Notes under the pieces: generated by a model
What the model was told of the DNA's origin: nothing
Seen by the model: only the letters and a program-made list of their open reading frames with translations
The model's database searches: none
Virus record (IMG/VR): IMGVR_UViG_3300042558_003926
Coordinates: 225,652-289,651 of that record
Reading direction: 5' to 3' (one strand)
DNA: 64,000 bases
In this document: positions 56,971-64,000 of the stretch, piece by piece
Numbering within the stretch: the first letter of the stretch is position 1
Layout of the letters: each line of letters opens with the position of its first letter
Position numbers and translations under genes: made by a program

Positions 56971-57600
56971 ATGGCTAATGGTGTTTATAAAATAACGGAA
57001 GATTTCGAAAAGGCTCTTTGCGATTATACAGGAGCACCTTATGCAGTTACTGTAGACAATCAATCCAACGCTTTATTCTTAGCTATGATGTTTGAAGGGG
57101 TCAAAGGAAAGTCGATAACAATTCCATCCAGAACTTATCCATCAGTTCCCTGCGAGATCATACACGCTGGGGGTAAGGTAAAATTCAAAGAGGTAAGAGG
57201 TAAAACAATAAAGGGAGCATATCAGCTAGAGCCAACCAATATCTGGGACTCTGCTCTAAGATTTACCGCTGATATGTATATTCCACGTACTCACATGTGT
57301 CTATCTTTCACTGGGCCATATAAGCACTTTAAGTTAAGTAAGGGTGGAGCAATTCTAACCGATAATTTAGAGGCTTATCATTGGTTTAAGAGAGCTCGAT
57401 ATAGCGGAAGAAGAGAATGCTCTTATCACGACGACCACTTTGATATGTTAGGATGGAACTTCTATATGATGCCGGAATTATCAGCTAGAGGTCTCCTGAT
57501 GATGAATCAGTTTTATAACATGGATGGGACTAAGAAGAACATGGAAGATTTAGAGCTTCCTTATCCGGATTTAAGTAAATATGAAATTTATAAATCATAA
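56971..57600 (+). CDS. short DegT/DnrJ/EryC1/StrS aminotransferase
   Basis: PSRTYPSVP, WDSA, LSFTGPYKHFKLSKGGAILTD, GWNFYM. Confidence 0.8.
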   Translation: MANGVYKITEDFEKALCDYTGAPYAVTVDNQSNALFLAMMFEGVKGKSITIPSRTYPSVPCEIIHAGGKVKFKEVRGKTIKGAYQLEPTNIWDSALRFTADMYIPRTHMCLSFTGPYKHFKLSKGGAILTDNLEAYHWFKRARYSGRRECSYHDDHFDMLGWNFYMMPELSARGLLMMNQFYNMDGTKKNMEDLELPYPDLSKYEIYKS

Positions 57601-57603
57601 AAT

Positions 57604-58941
57604 ATGGATCCATTTCTTTGGATAGACAATCAGAGATCGGCTCAGAGCAAATTTATCGAAGAGCCATTTAATGGGGTTATTAGAAAATTCGATCTCATCA
57701 TAGAGATAGGAACATTTACTGGGGTTTTCACTAAATGGTTATCCCAAAATGTAAAAGACGGGTCTTTAATATTTTCCTATGATAATAATCCTTCCTATAG
57801 AATAGTGGAGGATCTAAGCAATGTTAGATTCAGAGTATGTGATTTCTTTAATCTAGAAACATTAAGCGAGATAAAGAGTCTAATACAGACTTCGGGAAGG
57901 ACCTTAATTCTATGCGATGGTGGAGACAAAGAAACCGAATTCAAGATACTCTCTAGGTTTATGAAAGATGGTGACGTTATCATGCTACACGATTACGAGC
58001 ACGATCCCCTAGAATATCACGCAATTTCGGAATCAATAGGGTGGCTTACCAACTCTGAGTCTTTTTTTAGAAATCTCGAAAGATATCTACCAGAACTAAA
58101 TTTAATCCCTTATAAGTATGAAGAATTTAAGGACGTTCTATGGGGAAGCTTTACAAAGAAATCAAATGAAATAATAGCTCTCTCGATAACGACTTCAAGG
58201 AGATTACCACTTTTTAAAACAACCATAGAAACTCTATCTAGGAATTGTAAGGATAAACATCTGATAAAATATTTTTTGCACTTTGATGACTCTTCTTCTA
58301 ATGAGGATCGAGATGAAATGGAATCGATTATAAGAAAAAAATTCCCGTTAGCTAGAATCTATAATTTTAGATTTGGAGCAGATACAATATCGGACAAGAA
58401 GAGACACAGAGAGATTATGGGCAAATGGAAATCCGAAGTAGAAGATATGTGCGATTTTGTTTTTCATACGGAGGACGATTGGAGATTCGATAAAGAATTC
58501 TATTTGTCCGAAATCATATCTTTTATTAAAAGGAAAGAAGATGTGGCTTATGTTGGGGTTTCCCAGGAGATCAGAGATTTTCCGGAAGACATGAAACCTA
58601 AAACCGATGGCATTTTTTGGGAATGGTATTTTGATAAGGAGAAAGAAATTCTGAGTAATCTTTTCTTGGACTCTAAAATTATGGCAAAATCGGGAGACCC
58701 CGGTTTTTGGTGTTACTATATAAATTGGCCTTATTTCGGGTTCAGACCCGGAGTATGGGACACGAAGAGATTATCTGAATTTGATTGGTCGAGGATATAC
58801 ACTGATAACGATTCTCATTTCGAATTGGATTTCGCCAAGGGGCTATCAGAAAAGTATGTTTCGTATAGCATGATGGATAGTGTTTGTGAACACATAGGAA
58901 CCGAGGAATCTGCTTATGATATAAATAACTCGTCAAGATGA
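57604..58941 (+). CDS. SAM methyltransferase-glycosyltransferase fusion
   Basis: N-terminal IIEIGTFTG...LCDGG...HDY; C-terminal LSITTSRR...VFHTEDDW. Confidence 0.65.
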   Translation: MDPFLWIDNQRSAQSKFIEEPFNGVIRKFDLIIEIGTFTGVFTKWLSQNVKDGSLIFSYDNNPSYRIVEDLSNVRFRVCDFFNLETLSEIKSLIQTSGRTLILCDGGDKETEFKILSRFMKDGDVIMLHDYEHDPLEYHAISESIGWLTNSESFFRNLERYLPELNLIPYKYEEFKDVLWGSFTKKSNEIIALSITTSRRLPLFKTTIETLSRNCKDKHLIKYFLHFDDSSSNEDRDEMESIIRKKFPLARIYNFRFGADTISDKKRHREIMGKWKSEVEDMCDFVFHTEDDWRFDKEFYLSEIISFIKRKEDVAYVGVSQEIRDFPEDMKPKTDGIFWEWYFDKEKEILSNLFLDSKIMAKSGDPGFWCYYINWPYFGFRPGVWDTKRLSEFDWSRIYTDNDSHFELDFAKGLSEKYVSYSMMDSVCEHIGTEESAYDINNSSR

Positions 58942-59522
58942 TTAATATAGCTTTAATAGGTAACGGTGGACATGCCAGAGAGGTTGAGTTCCAAATGGGT
59001 ATTAAAATAACCAAATTCGTAGACGATAGTTTCTATGTCCCCGGGGATAGCTATTTAATGCCTCTTTCTAAATTCAACCCTCTCCACTGGGAGATTATGG
59101 TGGCAGTAGGCGATTCGAAAGATAGGGAGAGCATAATAAAAAAACTACCAAAAGAAACACAATACTTTTCATTTGTCCATCCCACTGTTATAGCATCGGA
59201 TGATTTTCAAGTTGGACAAGGATCTTTCATTGGCGCTTATAGCATCATTACAACTAATGTGAAAATAGGAGATCATTGTATTTTAAACCGAGGATGCCAC
59301 ATAGGACACGATTCAATCATAGGAGATTATTTCTCTGCCATGCCCGGATCAATAGTTTCGGGAGATGTTAAAATAGGAGATCGTGTATACTTGGGAACAA
59401 ATTCGTCAATAAGGGAAAAGGTATCCATATGTGACGATGTTACCATAGGATTAAATAGTGGCGTATACAAATCAATCTCTGCTCCTGGTAAATACACCTC
59501 GATAAATCAATTAGATCTATAA
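58938..59522 (+). CDS. NeuD/PglD-like sugar acetyltransferase
   Basis: IGNGGHAREV, VAVGD, hexapeptide repeats, HIGHD. Confidence 0.85.
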   Translation: MINIALIGNGGHAREVEFQMGIKITKFVDDSFYVPGDSYLMPLSKFNPLHWEIMVAVGDSKDRESIIKKLPKETQYFSFVHPTVIASDDFQVGQGSFIGAYSIITTNVKIGDHCILNRGCHIGHDSIIGDYFSAMPGSIVSGDVKIGDRVYLGTNSSIREKVSICDDVTIGLNSGVYKSISAPGKYTSINQLDL

Positions 59523-61220
59523 ATGGAAATAAGTATAATAGTCACAGCATATAAATTCGAAAAATATATTAGTCAGTGTATCGAATCTATAATTTCACAG
59601 AATATAGAAGTAGATCACGAAATAATAATCAGGGACGACCATTCGGAGGATAATACTAATTCTATTCTTAGGGAAAAATTCTCACATATAGAGAACCTTA
59701 AAATAGTGGAGAGCGAATCCAATATTGGCGCTTTTGAAAATCTGAAATTGCTAATATCGATGGCTAAGGGAAAATATATTGCTCATATAGATGGAGACGA
59801 TTATTTTACCAATCCTGGACATATCATGATGAAGTATAATTTCCTTGCGGGAAATCGGGACTTCTCTATGATCTCATCCGGATATAAAACCATGGACGAG
59901 AACGGGAACTTTTCCGTTCACCATCACCCATTAAAAGATGTCGTTACTCAGGAGGATATGATCGAAAACAATTGGGTAACTTTCGGGAGAATGTGGAGAC
60001 GTGAATCTTCAGAGACATCAGAATGGCTTTCTAAAATACCCTATCTTGATTGGGCTTTCAATTATTCTATAGCTAAACATGGTAACATAAAATGTGAATA
60101 TGATGAAGGTGGCGTATATAGGATATCCAACGACGGTATGTTTTCTAAAAAATCAAGATCTGATAAAAGGATAAACTATCTGTCGATATCTAAGGCTCTT
60201 TCCAATATGTACCGTCTAGAAAACAAGGTGCTAACCATCACTGATTGTTTTGTTAGAAACCAGCAGATAGAAGAAAAATTAAAGGATTCCATAATAAGGG
60301 CTAAGACTTTAAATAACGATATCCTTCTAGCTTCAAACACTACGGTCTCTAAGGATGTTATGGATCTTTGTAACTTCTTTATCTATGACAAAAGAAACCA
60401 GCTATTTGAGAAAGAATATCCAAATATAGATTACGTTGATTTCTATATCAGCACCGGAGATTTTGTTATTCATAACGTGACCAAGGGAATGCAAAGACAC
60501 GGACTTTCCGTTCTGATTAATCTTTATAATTCTGTAGCGTATGCTAAAACACTAGGGTATAAATATTTTCAGAGAATAGAGTGCGATGATATATTCGGTC
60601 CTCTTTCGCTTAAAAAGATAAAAGACATTCAGGAAGAATGTATAGCTCTAAATAAAAAAGGGGTTTTCTACGTAAATGATTCTGAGGCCAATATCTCCTT
60701 TCATTATTTTTTATGTGAAATTGATTACTTTTTAAATTCAGTAAAACAGATATCAAAAGAAGAGGACTACGAGAAATACGTGAATGTAAGAATGCCTTAC
60801 CCAAAATTCATGATAGCGGAAGAATTTATTTACGAGAACATTATAGATAATTCGGCCGAGCTTCAATTAAAGGACGGCGGAAGAATGAATGAGGATTTTC
60901 CGGATACTGAATGGAATACAGAAACCTCGGACAGTAATATGGATTCCGAGTTCAGAGGATGTATAACCGGAATCTACGCATCATCCAGAGGAGATATAGT
61001 TTGTACTTATAATTACTCCACTGCTAATATAAATAGAAGGATCGAGGTTCTTAAAGAAAACGGGGAGATAGATATTATATACCATAAATTAGAAGGTCGT
61101 GGCGGATGGATGTACAACCAGTTCGATTCTGTTCATAAAATATCTGTCTATAGCGAAGAAACAGGTAACCTTCTATATTCTCAGAAAAAAGAGGATTCTA
61201 AAAGCTATATAGATTTTTAA
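59523..61220 (+). CDS. glycosyltransferase family 2 with C-terminal extra domain
   Basis: IIVTAYKFEKYI, IIRDDHS, IAHIDGDDY; second region with QRHG...IECDD. Confidence 0.8.
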   Translation: MEISIIVTAYKFEKYISQCIESIISQNIEVDHEIIIRDDHSEDNTNSILREKFSHIENLKIVESESNIGAFENLKLLISMAKGKYIAHIDGDDYFTNPGHIMMKYNFLAGNRDFSMISSGYKTMDENGNFSVHHHPLKDVVTQEDMIENNWVTFGRMWRRESSETSEWLSKIPYLDWAFNYSIAKHGNIKCEYDEGGVYRISNDGMFSKKSRSDKRINYLSISKALSNMYRLENKVLTITDCFVRNQQIEEKLKDSIIRAKTLNNDILLASNTTVSKDVMDLCNFFIYDKRNQLFEKEYPNIDYVDFYISTGDFVIHNVTKGMQRHGLSVLINLYNSVAYAKTLGYKYFQRIECDDIFGPLSLKKIKDIQEECIALNKKGVFYVNDSEANISFHYFLCEIDYFLNSVKQISKEEDYEKYVNVRMPYPKFMIAEEFIYENIIDNSAELQLKDGGRMNEDFPDTEWNTETSDSNMDSEFRGCITGIYASSRGDIVCTYNYSTANINRRIEVLKENGEIDIIYHKLEGRGGWMYNQFDSVHKISVYSEETGNLLYSQKKEDSKSYIDF

Positions 61221-61225
61221 TAAGG

Positions 61226-61462
61226 ATGAATAAATTTTTCACAGCACTCTACGAAAAGGAGGGAAAAATAATAGTCGATATATCAGTTAAATCCGATTTC
61301 CAAAAAATATCAGAGATTGAATCTTTTATAGAAAAAAGAGAGATTATCAAATATGAGAGAAATCAGATGGGAGATATTATAACAATCCTAGTGTATTTCG
61401 ATAAATCGGGCCAAAAAGAATCGCAATCCTTTCTAAATAATCTGTACCAATTTATAGACTAA
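61226..61462 (+). CDS. hypothetical protein
   Basis: ORF track. Confidence 0.65.
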   Translation: MNKFFTALYEKEGKIIVDISVKSDFQKISEIESFIEKREIIKYERNQMGDIITILVYFDKSGQKESQSFLNNLYQFID

Positions 61463-61481
61463 TTTTTGTGATATATAAAGC

Positions 61482-62315
61482 ATGTTACAGATTAAATACG
61501 GACCAGAGATAGAGGATACTAGAAGATTCTTGGAGATATTATCCGAGCACAAAAAGGTAACCTTTATAACAACTTCTAGCAGAAGCCCATATGTTGAAAA
61601 ATTTGGGGAAAGTCCTAAATCTTCCCAGCTAGCCAGAAATCTAGCAGAGAATCTAGAGAGAAGAGGGGTTAAGGTAAACATCATAGATGCGACCAAATTA
61701 GAGATTAAAAACTGTCTAGGTTGTGTTAGCGAGGTCCATGGTAATAACTGTGGAGCAAAAGAATCAAATCTTAAAGACAAGGAAAAGAATCCTAATGGTA
61801 AGCTTAGATGCTGGGCAAGCCACGATTTCAAGGACGATGAACTTTGGAAGATATCTAAATCTATCTATGAAAGTCAGGCTGTTATTTTCTTTGGTTCCCA
61901 AAGATGGGGGAGCGTGAATGCAATGTATCAGAAGGTCATAGAAAGATTGGATTGGATCGAAAACATGCACACTTCCCTAGGAGAAGAGAACAGCGTAAAA
62001 GATATACAGGCGGGTCTGGTAATCATAGGACAAAACTGGAAAGTAGAAGAAAGCCTAGTTACTCAGAAAAAAGTACTTGAATTCTATGGGTTTAAAACTC
62101 CGGATTCCTTATTTATAGGATGGCAATATACCAGAGACTCAAATGACGAGACTCAGGAATCCTACAGAAATGCGGTAGATACATTCGAGCAAGCGTGGAA
62201 TATTAAATTGTTTAATTGGGAAAAACCAAAAGGAACAGAGCTCAGCATAGAAAAGTCTAATGAATCCCATTTCGTAACATTTAAGGACTTTCTCCATGAA
62301 ATAAAAAATCTATAA
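61482..62315 (+). CDS. flavodoxin-like FMN reductase / iron-sulfur flavoprotein-like protein
   Basis: ITTSSR...SKSSQLA, CLGC...C...C, IFFGSQRWGSV; GATATATAAG upstream. Confidence 0.7.
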   Translation: MLQIKYGPEIEDTRRFLEILSEHKKVTFITTSSRSPYVEKFGESPKSSQLARNLAENLERRGVKVNIIDATKLEIKNCLGCVSEVHGNNCGAKESNLKDKEKNPNGKLRCWASHDFKDDELWKISKSIYESQAVIFFGSQRWGSVNAMYQKVIERLDWIENMHTSLGEENSVKDIQAGLVIIGQNWKVEESLVTQKKVLEFYGFKTPDSLFIGWQYTRDSNDETQESYRNAVDTFEQAWNIKLFNWEKPKGTELSIEKSNESHFVTFKDFLHEIKNL

Positions 62316-62327
62316 ACATAAAAAAAA

Positions 62328-62355
62328 CCGAATCCCTAAAGATTCGGTTTTTAGT
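62328..62355. terminator. bidirectional terminator
   Basis: AAAAAACCGAATC-CCTAAA-GATTCGGTTTTT between convergent genes. Confidence 0.75.
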
Positions 62356-62371
62356 TTTATCTAATTCTTGA

Positions 62372-63775
62372 TTAAGCCATCTCGTATCCGAATTCGTCAG
62401 AATTGAAATCGAAATCCATGCTCCAATCTAAATCTTCAAATATGATATCTTCACCGAAGAAATCAGCGTATTCTTCAGACTCCCAGAAAGACTTACCTAC
62501 GTTGTACAAGTAATTAAATCCATCGCTAACTGCTTTAGAAGCCGAATTGTAAGCAGATGATACCGCATCTCCTGCACTCTTTAATAAAGATGCACCTGCT
62601 GCTAGTGCAGTTTTTGTTGCACTTACTGTAGCGTCCCATCCAGCTTTGATTGTTCTAGCAAAAGCCTGAGCACCATTCTTAACGTTTTTACCGATCCAGT
62701 CTAGTCCTCTTTTAACAAAAGCAGCTCCGTCTTTTGCAGCTTCTACTATACCTTTTACTGCGGAAGAAAAAACGGATTTAATACCTCTCCATGCTGCAAC
62801 AACTGCTCCAGTTAAAACATAAGCAGTAGTTTTTGCAGCAGCTTTAATACCGTCCAAAAATGCTGTGCATGCCTGAACTGAAGCCTTCATAACTTTTCCT
62901 GCTGATTCGGAAAACTTTGTCCATGCAGCATTAGACCATGCAGCAACTTTTTTATAAGCTGCTTTAGCCCCTTTAGCTGCCCAGTCCGTTACTGTAGCTA
63001 ATCCCTGAGCTACTGCCCCTACTGCAGTCATTGCTCCTTTAGCTACCCAAGCACCTGCCGATACAACACCAGATATAATTGCGTTAGCTGTCTCTGCTGC
63101 TAATACGAATACTCCAGTAACAGTGTAGATAAGAGCCTTTCCTACTGCGCTAGCTGCATTTTTCATCCATTCCCAGTTTGCTTTAAGAAGTCCCTTACCA
63201 TCAAGTGTTTTAACAGTTTGAGCTGCATCTTTTTTAGGATAGCAAATAACGTAAGTTTTATCGCCGTTTTTAGTAACTACTACTCTATCAAATACCAATA
63301 GCAATTTAGGATCTATTCCAGCTGCCTTAGCTTGTGCTGTCGTTTTTACGATAAACTTTTGTACGATGATCTGATCTTGTTTCTTAACGTCGGTTACATT
63401 ACCTTTTAGTGCCATCATCTTTCTTAAAGTCTGTACCCCGACTTTACCGTCGATCGTTAATTTATTTGCTTTTTGAAATTCTTTAACCTTAGCTTCAGTT
63501 GCAGGTCCAAAGATACCATCAGCCGGGTTAATACCTAAATACTTCTGTATCTCTACTACTCTTGCTCCTTTTTCACCCTTTAATATCGGCTTATAAGTAT
63601 TTATTTCACCTGCCTCGTTTGTTGCTCCAGCAGTTGCGAAAATCTCTGCAATCTCTTTCTTATTAGCTGTAGGGTTAGCAGGATTAAAAATTGAATTATC
63701 TTCGGCTTCATTTATAAAACCATAAGATTCATAAAGAGAATTGAATTCCCCGAATGACATTAATCTATTTTCCAT
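62372..63775 (-). CDS. CTS-leader peptidoglycan-binding protein with long Ala-rich amphipathic region
   Basis: RLMSFGEF...FINEAE; LKGEKGARVVEIQ...DGIFGPATEAKVKEFQ...DGKVG; tape-measure-like C-terminal half. Confidence 0.8.
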   Translation of the reverse strand: MENRLMSFGEFNSLYESYGFINEAEDNSIFNPANPTANKKEIAEIFATAGATNEAGEINTYKPILKGEKGARVVEIQKYLGINPADGIFGPATEAKVKEFQKANKLTIDGKVGVQTLRKMMALKGNVTDVKKQDQIIVQKFIVKTTAQAKAAGIDPKLLLVFDRVVVTKNGDKTYVICYPKKDAAQTVKTLDGKGLLKANWEWMKNAASAVGKALIYTVTGVFVLAAETANAIISGVVSAGAWVAKGAMTAVGAVAQGLATVTDWAAKGAKAAYKKVAAWSNAAWTKFSESAGKVMKASVQACTAFLDGIKAAAKTTAYVLTGAVVAAWRGIKSVFSSAVKGIVEAAKDGAAFVKRGLDWIGKNVKNGAQAFARTIKAGWDATVSATKTALAAGASLLKSAGDAVSSAYNSASKAVSDGFNYLYNVGKSFWESEEYADFFGEDIIFEDLDWSMDFDFNSDEFGYEMA

Positions 63776-63819
63776 TCTTTTACTTTTTTTTAGTTTTTAT
63801 TATATATCTACTCAAAAAT

Positions 63820-64000
63820 CTAATTTTTTGAATATCTGTAATTTCCAGGATTTACCTGAAAGAAATTTTTAACACCATACAGGGAGCTTACCGTTTTCAA
63901 AGATGGAACTCCCGAAAGCTTAGGATTATCCCAGGTCCAGATTCTAAGAGTATCCTTGCTTGGCTTAAGGTGGAATAAATTTTTACCTTTTATCTCAATC
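63820..64000 (-). CDS. 3' end of a gene entering from beyond the window
   Basis: Open frame IEIKGKNLFHLKPSK...RYSKN*. Confidence 0.5.
   Translation of the reverse strand, partial: IEIKGKNLFHLKPSKDTLRIWTWDNPKLSGVPSLKTVSSLYGVKNFFQVNPGNYRYSKN

Larger units (their letters stand above)
258..63812. promoter_or_regulatory. late-promoter-like motif RATATATAR, more than 20 copies
   Basis: Found a few to about 70 nt upstream of first genes of CTS/structural units on the correct strand (e.g. 258, 13635, 14745, 47532, 52598, 52617). Confidence 0.75.

Noticed and set aside
636-61970. Many short ORFs antisense to or nested in longer genes (e.g. 636, 1492, 7677, 25528, 54711, 61433)
   Set aside because: Fully overlapped by better-supported genes and lacking expression signals.
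1-64000. Stop-codon recoding; tRNA or rRNA genes; eukaryotic virus or host chromosome origin
   Set aside because: Code 11 gives dense intact genes using TAA, TAG and TGA stops; no tRNA or rRNA was recognised by eye; the sigma factor, intrinsic terminators and gene content indicate a phage.

Overview
The window looks like part of a large lytic tailed-phage genome (jumbo/T4-like organisation, standard genetic code). The host is probably a Bacteroidota bacterium, inferred from TAnnTTTG -7 promoter elements, A-rich non-Shine-Dalgarno starts, a DUF2452-like gene and a short sigma-70. No tRNA, rRNA, CRISPR array, integrase or reverse transcriptase was recognised. Two gene classes stand out. (1) A roughly 28-kb plus-strand early region (15.6-43.1 kb) of small cassettes. 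Each has a conserved promoter (T-tract-CCYGG...TAnnTTT(G/A)...AACCAATTAAAA), 1-3 small genes and a terminator ending TTTTTTGTG, and many are followed by a 17-bp CACC-N9-GGTG palindrome. (2) About 32 genes, most in units headed by an RATATATAR late-promoter-like motif, whose proteins begin with a short MKxLKxY/FxxFxxE leader resembling the T4 capsid-targeting sequence (CTS). These include nine 21-aa leucine-rich-repeat proteins with a nucleotide-conserved scaffold and hypervariable concave-face residues: six in tandem, two more in inverted orientation 34 kb away, and one divergent copy. They also include CHAP and SLT muralytic enzymes, a peptidoglycan-binding Ala-rich protein, an ADP-ribosyltransferase-fold protein and a HExxH protein. 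The main hypothesis is a virion-packaged, injected and diversifying protein repertoire. Also present are a RadA-like ATPase, DUF932, a rhomboid protease, a PlcP/LpxH-like phosphoesterase with a GT2, an amino-sugar/glycosyltransferase cluster, candidate ncRNAs and three GC-rich non-coding blocks. Family names are from motif recognition by eye and need HMM confirmation.
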